DNA of 64,000 nt. It comes from Naegleria gruberi. Its lineage: Eukaryota. The notes under the pieces are model-generated. The model was not told the DNA's origin. It saw only the letters and a list, made by a program, of their open reading frames with translations, and searched no databases. The position numbers and the translations under genes are program-made. The stretch lies in assembly GCA_000004985.1 (NCBI GenBank), contig GG738922.1; one strand, given 5' to 3'. This document shows, piece by piece, positions 22,707-34,862 of the stretch. Position 1 is the first letter of the stretch; the number at the start of each line of letters is the position of its first letter.

Positions 22707-25310
22707 TTACATAATGGTTTGCCTAGTTGCCTTCTTCTTCTTGATTGATTTTACTCTTTCAGCGAAGCTCAATGCATGAACTGTTTCTGCACCAAATCGT
22801 TCTTGAGGAGATACAGTAACAATGATCAAAATCTTACTATCACCAGAAAGTGAGTCTTTCAGAACATGAGTTAACCTAGAATTTCTAAATGGAACATGCT
22901 TTTGTTTTGATGCCAAGGCTACTATTACATCTTCAAGAGCTGATAAACTCTTATTAACGAATGAAGTTTCAGTCAATTGATCTCCAGCTACCCCACTCAT
23001 TTCCACATTTTCACTTCCTGCTAAATCTACAAATCTCAACACAGATTTAGTGTTCACTTGTTGAGGTGAAAGAAGTTCATCAAAGAAGTCTTGTTGGTTA
23101 TTGGTTTTCATTCCCAATAATTCTTCAAAGAGTTGACTTGCATTCTCCTTCTTTTTCGGTATAACTCGCTTTTCAATTTCCACCGAAATAATGCAATGAG
23201 ATCGACTACTATTTGAATTCATCAGAGTCTTGCTTTCAGTTCTCTTTACAATGCAGTCCTTAATTATTTGCCTCAATTGTTCCTCACTTTCTACCTTTAC
23301 ATAGTTCAAATCGTTTGATGATTTGTACTCTTTCTCTGGATTGATAAGGTCTCTCAATTCATTATTGTAAACTTCTGCAATACTCAATCTTAAATTAGCA
23401 TTATAGTAACATTGGTTCACTTCCATTATTCGATAAAGCTCTGTAATAGATCTTGGTACAATTCCAGGCTCAACCAATGAACCATTCATTGTAAATGTTT
23501 TCCCTGAACCTGTTTCACCAAAAACCATTAAACACGTATTGAATCCATCAAAAGCCGAGCTTACTAATGGTCTTATATCGGAAAAGATACCATCCTGGGT
23601 GCTCTCCATTCCATAGACTTGATCCAACTCGAAGGATCTATTTCTTCCCATCCTAGATATTGCCACCACTGAATCTGTGGTCTTTTCTTGAGAAATACAA
23701 CTTTTCACACGGTATGAATTGTGAGCCATGTTTTTTTCTGATTCCAGAACCCACATTGGTCTAATTCTACAACACACTCTGAGATTTCCTCGTTCTTCTA
23801 TTAATTGATTTTGTAATAACTTTCTTACTTGTTGCTCATGCACATATAGAGTATTCAGTTGAGCAAATCTATCCTCTTGGAATTGAATCTTTTTCTGGAA
23901 AAAGTTTGTCACTGTTGGAATGTCAAGTTTTTCAGCTGTTTTCCGTATGATTATTGTTGACAACTTTTGAAGCATGTCACTTGGGATTAAATTCATAACA
24001 TGAGTTTTCATCAACTCCAAATCACTTTTAGTGGATCGACAAACTTCAAGAGCATTCTTTGAGAATGACAGTAAATCGAGATTTGAATTTACAACCTGAC
24101 AAGCATCAGTTTGCACAAACACCTGACTAAATTCTTTTGCTTCTGGTTTTTCTATCACAATTGACTCTATTATTGATACATCATTTGTCGATTCTGCTAC
24201 CTCTTTGCGAAGTTGTTTCTTCTCGTTTTCCAACTCTTTAATTCTCAATTGATAATCCTCCAATTTTTGATTGTGTTGTTTGGTGAGATTTTTCACAAAA
24301 TTTTGATAATAATTCTTCAATTCGGATTGTTTAGACATGGACTTTTCCATGCTGTTTTGAAAATCTTCCAATTTCTGATTTGCTGTTAAAAGGGCAGCTG
24401 TTAAAACTGAAATTCTTTCCTGCAATTCATTCACAGAAACTGAAGGACTTGAAGAGAGGGAGCCATGTTCTGAGAGATTTGGTGAATCGAGTTCATCATT
24501 TTCTGTCGATTGATTACTATTATAACTTTGTTCATTATTGGATGATGAGTTTTTAATGCTCTGTGTCAACAAACTTGCTCCATTATTGGTGTTGTTGTTA
24601 GTAGTATAGTTACTAAGGGAAGACGAGTTCATATTAGTGCTTGTAGATAGTCTCCTTCCTGTTATTGTTGTTGGTGACAATACTTCTCCACTTGTTAGAG
24701 TGGTTGGAGAATTTGAATCAGAGTTTATGCCACTATTACCATTGTTATTATAATTTTGAAGTAGTTGGTTTAGACCTGATAACTTGTCCGTCAAGCTATT
24801 CCTATGTATTTTGTATCTGAATTTAGAACCGTCCTTAGATTCAATATCAATATGGTCGTTTTGTATATTTCCTCTCCTATCAAAAGTAATTCGTTGTTCT
24901 CCTCCTCCTGAAAAGCTATTAGAACGATGTGGTGATAATCCTCTTTCTTGTTCCGATTTAATTTTCCCTAATTGTGATAAACCTGGTGAGGATGATGTTC
25001 TAGCAAAACCCGATTGTTGTTGTTGTTGATTAGTGTTAATCTTCAATGAATTGTGTCGATGAGAGTAATTTTCACTTTTTAAACTTCCTCCACTCGTATT
25101 GCTACTTGATGTATTAAGGCTTGAATTTGTGCTAGAAACTGTCCTCAAACTTGATAATTCTTCATCGTCATCTACATCAGTAAATGTATTTCTATTTGAA
25201 TTATTATTATTATTGTTATTGGTATTACCAGAAATCATGACATTATTTGTTGCTTGATGAGGTTTATTCGGAAGACTCTGCCGATTCAATTCAAGCAAGC
25301 TCCTTCTCAT
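22707..25310 (-). CDS. kinesin-14 family (C-terminal motor) kinesin
   Basis: 867-aa ORF with an N-terminal low-complexity region, a central coiled coil (LEDYQLRIKELENEKKQLRKE), then the neck/motor region NLRVCCRIRPMW...VFGETGSGKTFTM...SRSHCIISVEI...VLRFVDLAGSE. The motor sits at the C-terminus, which defines kinesin-14. Confidence 0.9.
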   Translation of the reverse strand: MRRSLLELNRQSLPNKPHQATNNVMISGNTNNNNNNNSNRNTFTDVDDDEELSSLRTVSSTNSSLNTSSSNTSGGSLKSENYSHRHNSLKINTNQQQQQSGFARTSSSPGLSQLGKIKSEQERGLSPHRSNSFSGGGEQRITFDRRGNIQNDHIDIESKDGSKFRYKIHRNSLTDKLSGLNQLLQNYNNNGNSGINSDSNSPTTLTSGEVLSPTTITGRRLSTSTNMNSSSLSNYTTNNNTNNGASLLTQSIKNSSSNNEQSYNSNQSTENDELDSPNLSEHGSLSSSPSVSVNELQERISVLTAALLTANQKLEDFQNSMEKSMSKQSELKNYYQNFVKNLTKQHNQKLEDYQLRIKELENEKKQLRKEVAESTNDVSIIESIVIEKPEAKEFSQVFVQTDACQVVNSNLDLLSFSKNALEVCRSTKSDLELMKTHVMNLIPSDMLQKLSTIIIRKTAEKLDIPTVTNFFQKKIQFQEDRFAQLNTLYVHEQQVRKLLQNQLIEERGNLRVCCRIRPMWVLESEKNMAHNSYRVKSCISQEKTTDSVVAISRMGRNRSFELDQVYGMESTQDGIFSDIRPLVSSAFDGFNTCLMVFGETGSGKTFTMNGSLVEPGIVPRSITELYRIMEVNQCYYNANLRLSIAEVYNNELRDLINPEKEYKSSNDLNYVKVESEEQLRQIIKDCIVKRTESKTLMNSNSSRSHCIISVEIEKRVIPKKKENASQLFEELLGMKTNNQQDFFDELLSPQQVNTKSVLRFVDLAGSENVEMSGVAGDQLTETSFVNKSLSALEDVIVALASKQKHVPFRNSRLTHVLKDSLSGDSKILIIVTVSPQERFGAETVHALSFAERVKSIKKKKATRQTIM

Positions 25311-25504
25311 CCTTTATAAACAAAGATTGTGTGATTGGCTTTGTTTTGATAATAAATCCAAATTCAAAGCACAGAAATCTTTCTTGGATGCAAACAGTAA
25401 ATGCCGATAGTACTGCGTTTGTGTAACTGTTTTTTATATCTTTTTACAGGCGCCAAAATCTTTACTTAGTTGCATGAGGAAGAAAACATCAGCAAGGTAA
25501 GGTC

Positions 25505-25516
25505 AAAAAAATAAAA
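25505..25516 (-). terminator. Pol III oligo-T terminator downstream of tRNA-Asn
   Basis: The minus strand reads TTCTTTTATTTTTTT a few nt after the tRNA discriminator base. Confidence 0.45.
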
Positions 25517-25521
25517 GAACC

Positions 25522-25594
25522 CTCCCCCTGGTGGGCTCGAACCACCGACCTGCAGATTAACAGTCTGACGCTCTACCGACTGAGCTAAGGGGGA
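25522..25594 (-). tRNA. tRNA-Asn (anticodon GUU)
   Basis: Minus-strand sequence TCCCCCT-TA-GCTC-AGTCGGTA-GAGC-G-TCAGA-CTGTTAA-TCTGC-AGGTC-GGTGG-TTCGAGC-CCACC-AGGGGGA-G folds as a cloverleaf. It has a 7-bp acceptor stem, a TAGCTCAGTCGGTAGAGC D-arm, a CU-GUU-AA anticodon loop and a GGTGGTTCGAGCCCACC T-arm. It is followed by a T-run terminator on the same strand. Confidence 0.9.
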
Positions 25595-25910
25595 ATACAT
25601 GAAATAGAAAAATAATCTTTATACAAATCATAAATCTAACATAGGTCACTGCCATGCTTAACGTGTTTCTTTATTACTTGAAAGGAGAAATTATTATTGC
25701 TTTTACTTACATATTACAATTTCTGTTTCCATTTGTTGTAAAATCAATCCACTTATTTTACATTTGCATCACGTTTGTTTTTGTGTGCAAACACGTTTGT
25801 TGCAACAAAAAATATAAATAAACTAAGCAAAAAATAGTAGAAAATGTATTTAAATCTAGTTGGTAAAGGTATTTACTCTCCACAACAAAAAAAACAAAAT
25901 AACAATACAA

Positions 25911-26921
25911 ATGACCAGACAATTGACTCATGGAAGACATCCAGTCCATGGAACTGAAGTCCCATACAGCAAATATGCCTCAATCTTTTTCAGCATGATC
26001 ACTCAATACATCCCTCTTGCAACTAAGATTGCATTGAGCCATTTTAATGTTAACATTCTTCTTCAAATCTTGATCTTACCACCAGTCTATCTTATTTTTG
26101 GTGGAAGATGGACTCTATGCTATCACAATTTTCTTCATCAAGAAACATCATTGAATCCAATTGTTGACCTCTTGCTCGGAGTTGGTTTAGGTCACTTTTT
26201 AACATTCATGCCAGCAAAGCATGGCCATATTAAACATCATCATTTCAACTATGGCGAAGGTAGTAGAAAGTACTCTATGGACACCACACAAGATTACTTG
26301 GCACCAGCTGATATTCTCTACAGACATAAGCAAATCCAATATAGAGATCCTGATTATTGGTTTAAATCATCTCCAAATCGTTGGGTATTATTCATGAGAT
26401 GTTCTGTGTTTGATTTTCATTATATCAGCTTTTATTTGAAGAAGAAGAGAGACATGAAGTGGAAGTATGCTCCAATGTACTTTGCTCGATTGGTATTGCT
26501 CTTGGCTCCATTCTTGCTAATGAATCCTATTGATTATTTAATTCATTTGGTAATGTGTAGACTTGTCATGACTGTAATCTTTATGGTTTTCACAACATTA
26601 GCTCATGAAGAAGGATGGTTCGATTCAATGGTCGATAAGTATTATCCTTTCCAAAAATATGTGGATATTAATCTTGTTCTTGAAATTTTGATTGGATATC
26701 ACGTTCATCATGTCAATGAGCATGACAATCATCATATCTTCCCAAAGAGAGATATCAGCATGTTGGAACAAGTTAGTATCCCAAGAAGAATGGTCAACTT
26801 TTTTGCAAATTGTTTCTCCAAGTTTGTCAATTATTCATTCTCCAAATTAATGAACAGAAAGTCATCCTCCACAAAGTATTCAACCATTTCCCAACCAGTC
26901 ATTATTCTCGAAGAAGTGTAA
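25911..26921 (+). CDS. membrane-bound His-box di-iron enzyme (fatty acid desaturase/hydroxylase superfamily-like)
   Basis: The ORF is open from 25860 and the first ATG is at 25911 (MTRQLTHG). It has several hydrophobic spans and His clusters AKHGHIKHHHF and YHVHHVNEHDNHHIF, which resemble the HX3-4H / HX2-3HH boxes of membrane desaturases and hydroxylases. Confidence 0.6.
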   Translation: MTRQLTHGRHPVHGTEVPYSKYASIFFSMITQYIPLATKIALSHFNVNILLQILILPPVYLIFGGRWTLCYHNFLHQETSLNPIVDLLLGVGLGHFLTFMPAKHGHIKHHHFNYGEGSRKYSMDTTQDYLAPADILYRHKQIQYRDPDYWFKSSPNRWVLFMRCSVFDFHYISFYLKKKRDMKWKYAPMYFARLVLLLAPFLLMNPIDYLIHLVMCRLVMTVIFMVFTTLAHEEGWFDSMVDKYYPFQKYVDINLVLEILIGYHVHHVNEHDNHHIFPKRDISMLEQVSIPRRMVNFFANCFSKFVNYSFSKLMNRKSSSTKYSTISQPVIILEEV

Positions 26922-27192
26922 AGTCACTAAACATAGCCACAATTTTTTTGTAAATTTTCACTCAACATTAAGTTATTAAAAATACCTATTTCTACTATTA
27001 ACAAGTTAAATCGTCTTGTAAAACTGCAGAAATTCAATAATGTTGAAATAAATCCAATATGTTCTTAATGAGGGTGATTTTGTTTCTCCAACTGAAACCT
27101 CTCAACCTCTACAATTATTATTGGAAATGAATTGGTGATCCACAAGCTGTGAAGGAGATTCTTCAATTTGTTCTGATTAACAAATTGTAAAA

Positions 27193-28266
27193 TTAAAAGT
27201 TATAGTATTGTCTGTGACGACTAATGATTTGAATTTGATAAAGTTTTGGTAAATTTGTGGCATTCAAACATTTGACATTATCAAAAGATAGATTATTATC
27301 CCTCAAGTCCAATACTTCCATAGAGGAGAGTTTGGTCAAATATTGAACTGCTTCTGGTTGGAATACATTATTTTCCAATGTTAAAGTTTTCAAGTTGGTC
27401 AACTCTCCAATTATTTTGACTCCTTCATTGTCGATGCTATTTTGACCAAGATTAAGTGAAGTCAACTTGATTAGGTTTGTAATATTTTTGATAGACTCTA
27501 CTGAGCAGCTAGCGGCCTTCAAGCTAGTCAGATTTTTAAGTTTACAAATATTTACAAAACCATCATCCTCAATTCTATTCTTACTAACATTCAATATTGT
27601 AAGAGTTTCAATTTGGGAAAGATGTTCCACACCCTTTTCACTTATATTACAATCCTCTAATCGTAAAATTGTTAAATTCTTCAATTTGGTCAAGTAGAGA
27701 CACGACTCATTTCCAATCTTATTATCAGAAAGATTCAAATTTTTGATCAATTCACACTTTTGAATGTACTGACAAGACTCACTAGTTACAGAACTTGCAT
27801 TCAAATTCAAATAGGTCAATCGTGACAAATTTCCTATCGAATTTCCTATTTCGGCACCCATACCAATCAATGACAAACTTTCTAAACTCCCAAAACGTGC
27901 TACAACATTGGATACCTCCAAACCAATCAAATTCAATCTCTTCAAACTATCAAATTGACATTCATCCAAATATTTAACAAATTCTTCAAAAGAATATGGG
28001 CAATCCGATACAAATTCATTCACACATTTCAATCTCTCACTTTTACAACATTTAGCAAAACTTTCTTCATCATAAAATCTCGGAATTTTCACGTTCAATT
28101 TACAATTCACTGAACATTTGTAAAATTGCTTGCAAACCAAAGAGCAAACAGAAATTATAAATTCAAAATTTAAATATTTGGAAAATATTTCATCACCAAT
28201 AATTTCGGAAGGTAATTTTAAAATGTTGGCGGCGGCGTGATGATCGTTGCTTCTTAATGATGACAT
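27193..28266 (-). CDS. F-box / leucine-rich-repeat protein (paralog of the 4408 gene)
   Basis: 357-aa ORF. N-terminal LPSEIIGDEIFSKYLNFEFIISVCSLVCKQFYKC is F-box-like. It is followed by LRRs such as LNLSDNKIGNESC, LTILNVSKNRIEDDG, LTSLNLGQNSIDNEGV and LKTLTLENNVF. Confidence 0.85.
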   Translation of the reverse strand: MSSLRSNDHHAAANILKLPSEIIGDEIFSKYLNFEFIISVCSLVCKQFYKCSVNCKLNVKIPRFYDEESFAKCCKSERLKCVNEFVSDCPYSFEEFVKYLDECQFDSLKRLNLIGLEVSNVVARFGSLESLSLIGMGAEIGNSIGNLSRLTYLNLNASSVTSESCQYIQKCELIKNLNLSDNKIGNESCLYLTKLKNLTILRLEDCNISEKGVEHLSQIETLTILNVSKNRIEDDGFVNICKLKNLTSLKAASCSVESIKNITNLIKLTSLNLGQNSIDNEGVKIIGELTNLKTLTLENNVFQPEAVQYLTKLSSMEVLDLRDNNLSFDNVKCLNATNLPKLYQIQIISRHRQYYNF

Positions 28267-29203
28267 TTTTTTTTATTGTAAATTTTAATATCATAGTTGG
28301 GAGAATTTCACAAAAAACGAATAAACAATAGATCTTTGCATAATAAAACGAGAGTGTGTGTTTCATCAGAAATTTGAAAATTCATAACATTTTGAGTGAA
28401 TTGGAAGAACTTCTAATGAACAATTTCAAGTTATGCAACTCCTTAAATGAGAAAACTGTCATTCCTCGCTAAGGATATTACTCATCTCATCGACTGATTT
28501 TGATTGTTGTAGAGAACAGTATTGCCTACAGCAATTCGATGTGGAAAGTATATGATACTCTGCCAGAGCGATTTAGCATGGGACTGCAGAGTAGCTGTAT
28601 TTGAGCGAAGGTTGCACCTCGGCAAGAAAAATGGATCAAATTGAAGAAAACAGGACTTTATGGCATTCCAACAAGTAGATTAGTTATTAATTCTTAATAC
28701 AGGATTTTATGTAGTTGAATTTCACCAATTTTCACTCCGTATACAATTTCTTGAAACCCAAGAATTTCTCAACATATAATATCCATTTCACTCTGATTCA
28801 TAAGCGCCTAATTTTCATTCAATACTTGCTCAATTCTTCCTTCATTCAATAACCCCTAAAACTTCGACACAGGTCAACTGTTTTCGCAATTATTAAACTC
28901 ACAAATTATTTACAATTTTTAGAAAGCATAAAAAATAGCGCGCACGCATAAGCTAATGGCGGGTTCCATTTTTTTACCCAAGTCGACTTGAGAGCAAGGA
29001 AGCAAAAACAGATGATCCTTCTCTCTGCTCACAAATAAAGGTGAATAATACCGAAGACATGTCTACCAGCTACATAGTATTTAAAGTTGTTGATGTTCTT
29101 CTTCTCTTTCGTAGAATTAAAAAAAAATAGCAAGACGATTCGCTGTCGATTATTAAGATTAATATCAATATAAATTATTATAGTATTCCGAGAGAAAGAT
29201 AAA

Positions 29204-31310
29204 ATGGTAAAATTTAGAAAGCAGAAGAAGGAAAATCCAGCCGAGTTCAAAGATGATAGAGAACCAAATATTAGATTCCCAATCTTGTTGATGATTAAGA
29301 TTGTGGGATGGGAAATGATTTGGATTATAATAGGAATGGTTGGATATGCTTGCTTTGGAGCAATGCCTCATATCTTTAACATTTTGTAAGTCATTATTTT
29401 TCTGAATAGAAAATTGACATTTCCAAATTTGTAAATTGATAACAGGATGGGTGAATTAATTAATATTGTCGTTGGTGCAGATGTCACTGGTATAGAAAAC
29501 AAAATTAACAATTTGGCCATGTGGATGGCGATAATAGCAGCCATTGCAGCAATTTTAACGTGGATTGGAGGATCAATGATGGCTTATTCATTCGAAAGAA
29601 TTGGTATCCGTTTAAAGAATGCCTATATTGAGAGTTTGATGAAGCAAGAAATTGGCTACTTTGACATGAAGAGAACTGGTGAATTAATGTCGTGGATGAC
29701 TGAGTCTATGGAACAAATCCAAGACAGTTTCAGTAACAAATTGGGAAGAGCTACTCAATTCTTTGTTCAAGTAATTTTGGGAATTATTCTAGCACTTGTC
29801 TTTTCATGGAAGATGGCTCTAGTAATGATTTCATTTGCCCCAGTTATCATTTTGATCATGTTCAGCTCTGGTTTGGCATCTCAGCTCATTACCAAGAGAA
29901 CTCTTAAAATTTCAAACCAAGCTTCTGCCATTGCCAATGAAGTCATAGGTTAGTAGAGACTCTTTTTAATTAATTTAACAAATTTTTTTAATCAAAACTC
30001 CAGGAGCTGTTCGTACGGTTAGATCAATGGATTCAGAAAATAAGGAAATCAATAGATACAAGGAAAAATTGTGGAGTGGTAATTTGTTGTACGTGCTTAG
30101 AGCTATTATTTTGGGTGCACCAATTGGAGCTCAAGAAATCAGTATTTGGGGTGTCCTTGCATTGGGTATGTGGTGGGGAGGTCAGTTATTGGTCAAGTCA
30201 GAAATTGCCTTTGCCAACATGTTCAGAGTTTTTACCTTATTGTTAATGTCAGTCTTGGGTAGTTCTCAAATTATGGCTGTAATTCCAGATTTGACACGTG
30301 CCATCCAATCATCAAAGAACTTGCTCAAAGTTATTCGTAGAATTCCAGCCACGAGATTTGATGGTGGAATTACTCCTGATAGAATTATTGGTGAAATTGA
30401 ATTTAAGGATGTTTCCTTCTCCTACCCAACCAGACCAAATATTCAAGTATTGAAGAACTTTTCACTCACTATCAAACCTGGTCAAGCCATCGCTTTGGTT
30501 GGTAGTTCAGGCTCTGGTAAATCAACAATTATTAGTTTATTGGAAAGATTCTATGAACCACTCAGTGGTAAAGTTATTTTGGATGGAAATGAGCTTTCAG
30601 AAATTGATCCTCATTGGCTCAGAACTCATGTTGGTCTAGTTGGTCAAGAACCTGTTTTGGTATGTTTTTTTAATAGTATTTTTATTAATTTTTCTCTCTA
30701 GTTCTCTGGAACAATTAAGGAAAATATATGTTATTCCATTAGAAAAACATCCAATGATCCATTCCCAAGTGAGGAAGAAATTATCAATGCTGCCAAGGCT
30801 GCTAATGCTCATGACTTTATTTCTGCACTTCCTGATGGATATAATACAGTTTTGGGTGAACGTGGTGTTTCTCTTTCAGGTGGTCAAAAACAACGTATTG
30901 CTATTGCTAGATCAGTGATTCAAAATCCTGAAATTCTATTACTCGATGAAGCTACCTCTGCTCTCGATACCAATTCTGAAGCAGTCGTTCAAGATGCTCT
31001 GAACAAACTCATGAAGGGAAGAACTACTATTGTCATTGCTCACAGATTATCAACCATTGTAAATTCTGATTTAATTTGTGTATTCCATAAGGGTGAATTG
31101 AAGGAACAAGGTACACACGATCAATTGATGAATTCTGGTGGTCTTTATGCTGAATTGGCAAGAAAGCAAATGATGAAGAAGCAAGACAGTAGTGAAGAAT
31201 TGACCAAGGTTGCAGAAGATGAAATTGCACTTGAAACCCCTTACAAATCACAAGCTACTTTTGAAACAGTCGAGTCCAAGGAATCACTCACTTCCAATTC
31301 TGATGAATAA
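29204..31310 (+). CDS. ABC transporter, ABCB-type half transporter (TMD-NBD), 4 exons
   Basis: Structure is join(29204..29385,29446..29948,30004..30659,30702..31310) with GTAAGT, GTTAGT and GTATGT donors and AG acceptors; all junctions are in frame and total 1950 nt. TMD motifs are IGYFD...TGEL and GAVRTVRSM. The NBD has Walker [10 protein letters not shown], the Q-loop, the ABC signature LSGGQKQR, Walker [13 protein letters not shown] and the H-loop IAHRLS. Confidence 0.85.
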
Positions 31311-31477
31311 ATAATATTAAACATTGTAAATTCACTTTGTAAATTCTTTCAATTTCCAAGTTGACCCATTTTCCCTTTTTCCCGTGAATTCACCCGTATT
31401 AATTTAAAAATACAATTCTAATTTTAAAACACCACTAACAAAAAAAAACAACAACAACATTTCACTGTAATAATAAC

Positions 31478-32092
31478 ATGTCCAGCGCCAGAGCAGGTAA
31501 AGTGAGAAGATCAACTCCATTCATTCCAAGTAAACACATCACTCTGCCAGAAGTTAACCGACGACAAAAAGTGCTTCCTCCCAACGAATATACAAGTCTA
31601 TGTACAAAATTGTATGATAATCAGTTGAATAGAAAGAAGGAGAAGAATGGAAGATCAAAGATGAGAAGTCAATTTAACAAGTATTCAACAGAGCAACAGC
31701 AACAGCAACAGGATGAAGTAATTTCGTATGGTGGTAATGATTGGGAATTTTCTGAAGCTTCATTCTATTCATTGGCATATCCTAGGATTCAGGAAGAAAG
31801 TGATTATACTATTTATAGAGCTCCACTGGTGGGAAGTAGTGTCAATTCAATGCAGAGACAGTTTTTCAATGCCCAATCGAGCAAGTTGAGAAGATTGAGA
31901 ACTGATGCCAATAGAAAGAAGAGAAGATTAGAAAGAAGAGGAAGAAAGTTGTTTACCAGAAAGCTCAGAACTTTGAGATCTGCCCCTCCATTGTTTACTG
32001 CACCAAAACCAAATGCTTCAATTTTGGGAAATAATAGAATGGCCAGTGTTACCTCTATGGGATTATATTATTCATCTGGAAGAGTGCACTGA
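31478..32092 (+). CDS. hypothetical basic protein (204 aa)
   Basis: ATG-initiated ORF, K/R-rich (RKKRRLERRGRK), with no recognisable domain. Confidence 0.5.
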   Translation: MSSARAGKVRRSTPFIPSKHITLPEVNRRQKVLPPNEYTSLCTKLYDNQLNRKKEKNGRSKMRSQFNKYSTEQQQQQQDEVISYGGNDWEFSEASFYSLAYPRIQEESDYTIYRAPLVGSSVNSMQRQFFNAQSSKLRRLRTDANRKKRRLERRGRKLFTRKLRTLRSAPPLFTAPKPNASILGNNRMASVTSMGLYYSSGRVH

Positions 32093-32850
32093 GCTTGCAT
32101 TTTCTATTTTAAATTGTTAATGTGTGCAATTGAAATCATAATTAACAATTTTGGTGTGGTTGAGGATAGTTGAGGAGATTATTTGTAATCTTTGAGAAGA
32201 ATATCAGTTGTGATGTTTTGATTCTGATTGGTATTCGAAAGTGAATGATTTTCATTCATCTTTGCAATTCAACTTCCAATGCCTTTTAATATTTTACAGT
32301 ACGAATATAAAGTTATTGAAATTTTTAGTGTTACGTATGCAACGAAACTGTTATGCTGAAAATTTCACAAGTCGATCGCCCAACAAGCAAACTTGATTGC
32401 GTAATTGACTCCACATCAAAGAAAGAATAGTTTATTGGTCAGTTTTAAGTACATTAATTGTAAAGATTTAGATCAATATGAAAATGTAAAATTTATTGCC
32501 AATTGTAATTGTGATGATAAATATAGAGCTTGACTTTGGAAGTACTGATCAATTAAGCGAAATAGGTGTTTCAATTTATTGAATCATGTCTTTAATTTCT
32601 AATTCAATAACTGTAGATGAGGACATTTTCTCTCATTTTGACGAGAAGAATGCAGAAATTCCAATTTTGGATGATTTGTAAAAATTTCTTAGCCATGTTG
32701 GTATTATTACCATTATTTTCTAAATTAGTTGGTTGGCTAATTTTGACAAGACACTTCCAGATGTAAACAAAAATAAATACAGTTTAGTCAGATTTTACAA
32801 ATTTATTATTTAAATGGGTAGAGAGTGTTAGTAGAATTATTGCAAAGTTA

Positions 32851-34083
32851 TTAAACTTGGTTTTGTACAGGTGTTTCTTCATCTTTTGGAGGTGATGGCG
32901 TACTTTCGTCTGTTGTTGAAGGACTGGCCAATTCTGCAACTGTACTCCTGGCATCATCCCTTGGACTGCCTTCAGATTCTTCAATTCTGTCCTTTCTATC
33001 AACGAGGGCAGCTGGTAGTATCTTTCTTGTGGCCATAATGATTTCTTCCTTTGTTTCTTTCAAATCCAATTCATCCAAAGGTCCATAAATAAATGTCAAG
33101 GCAACAGCAAAGAAAAAGATGCTAATTCTCTGCAATGTAATACCAGCAATATAAATTTCATATTGAACCAATGTTAAGATGGCCATAATGACAATACTAC
33201 CAGTAATTCCTCCAAACACCAATTGTAATGCATTCAACAAATTCAATTGTCTGCATGCCTTTCTTCTTTGGAGTGGAACATTTTCTTGTTCACCTCCTAA
33301 TTTTCCAGTGAGTGAAACACCAACCACAATGTTAATAATTCCAAAGAAGAAGATCAAAAACCAATAGCCAAGAGCTAATACTGCATCAGCATAGTAACGA
33401 TTGTAACCAATACTGGAAGCTGTTGCAGCCTTTACACCTGGCATCAAAGAAGTCAAAGATGTGATCATGATAGTAGCAATGTGAAGAGGGGCAATAATTA
33501 AAAGTCCAATAGCACTAATGATAGCTGTCCATTTAACAAACTTGCCAAATCGTTGATTCCTAATGGCAATCTTCTTTGGGACGGTTTTCCCTAAACTTTC
33601 CTGTTGATTTTCAACAACTCTCATCCACCACTGTGACTTATCAAAGTAAACCTTATACAGAATCCTTGTAATTGTCAAGAAGCAAAAGACACATAGAATG
33701 ACAGTCAGATTACCACATGAATATTGAATAGCAGCAAAAGGATCCATGCATTCCTTTTGATTACCTATCAGAACACAAACTGAATACATGATACCTGAAG
33801 TTATTGATAAAATTTGTAAACATGACATGAGCACCACTAGTCCATAAAGACATCTCTTGATGAAAACCATTGTTCTCCATCTAATAATTAATAAAATAGC
33901 AACTACAAAACCTAGAACCAAAAAAGGAGGTAGAGTTATCGAGTAGACAACCAATGCACCTGTAAACCTGTTGATAATTTTGCTGTCATTACTGTATGTC
34001 AATGCTTGATGAATTGTATACGTTGGGTCATCAATGATAGAGTAGAATGGATTGTCTTGACTATTCATTGCATAACTCTCCAT
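32851..34083 (-). CDS. seven-transmembrane receptor-like membrane protein with acidic S/T/P-rich C-terminal tail
   Basis: 410-aa ORF with seven predicted hydrophobic helices, judged by eye. The cytoplasmic tail is rich in D, E, S, T and P. No family-specific motif was recognised. Confidence 0.6.
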   Translation of the reverse strand: MESYAMNSQDNPFYSIIDDPTYTIHQALTYSNDSKIINRFTGALVVYSITLPPFLVLGFVVAILLIIRWRTMVFIKRCLYGLVVLMSCLQILSITSGIMYSVCVLIGNQKECMDPFAAIQYSCGNLTVILCVFCFLTITRILYKVYFDKSQWWMRVVENQQESLGKTVPKKIAIRNQRFGKFVKWTAIISAIGLLIIAPLHIATIMITSLTSLMPGVKAATASSIGYNRYYADAVLALGYWFLIFFFGIINIVVGVSLTGKLGGEQENVPLQRRKACRQLNLLNALQLVFGGITGSIVIMAILTLVQYEIYIAGITLQRISIFFFAVALTFIYGPLDELDLKETKEEIIMATRKILPAALVDRKDRIEESEGSPRDDARSTVAELASPSTTDESTPSPPKDEETPVQNQV

Positions 34084-34862
34084 GATGTGTTGTTAGTATT
34101 ATTATTATTGAATCTTGTTATGTAATTTTTTTAAACTTCCTCATTCAGAGAGACAAGACGGCTTACCAATGGTCCAACATTTCAGATGACAGTTGAATGC
34201 CGGCCATCTTAGTTGACATGTAGGGGGCTTGATTACCAGTTGAAAAGGAAACACAAAGGATTAGACTCGTAAAATAATTCAATGAGAAGGCAACCTTAAA
34301 AGCAAGGCATGAACTAATCAATGCAACATGAAAAAGTCATGAAATACCATCTATCATATTTGTGAAGAAAAATTATCTTTGTTACATAATTCATCTTCTA
34401 GTTGCTTCTTAGTAATACATGTATACTATTGTATTATAGTTTAAATAAATTTAATATTCGGGTGAAAAAAACAATGCAATTTTCCATCATCGGTCGATGA
34501 TAACATGGAGATTAGGAAGTAGTGCAGCGCAGAGATAGTCTATCTCTTCTATTGGCTATCATCTCGAATTTCCCAAAGTAGAGAGTGGTACAGCTTTAAA
34601 ACTTCATGAAGAAATTAGCAAGTTGATGACAAGATGCAAACTCTACGATTTTTTTTAAGATTTTGGCGGCAAATATTTTTATGATGAACTCCGAAGTTTT
34701 GTAGAAATATTGTAAATTGATTTTTTGGATAATTGGAAAGAAGATTTTACAAAGATATTGGGTACATGAATTTTTCTAGAATTTAATATTAAGGCTTTGA
34801 AAATATCCATTTTTGGTCTTGTCCAAATTTGAAGAACAAAGAAATTTTCTCCTTAAAAAAAA

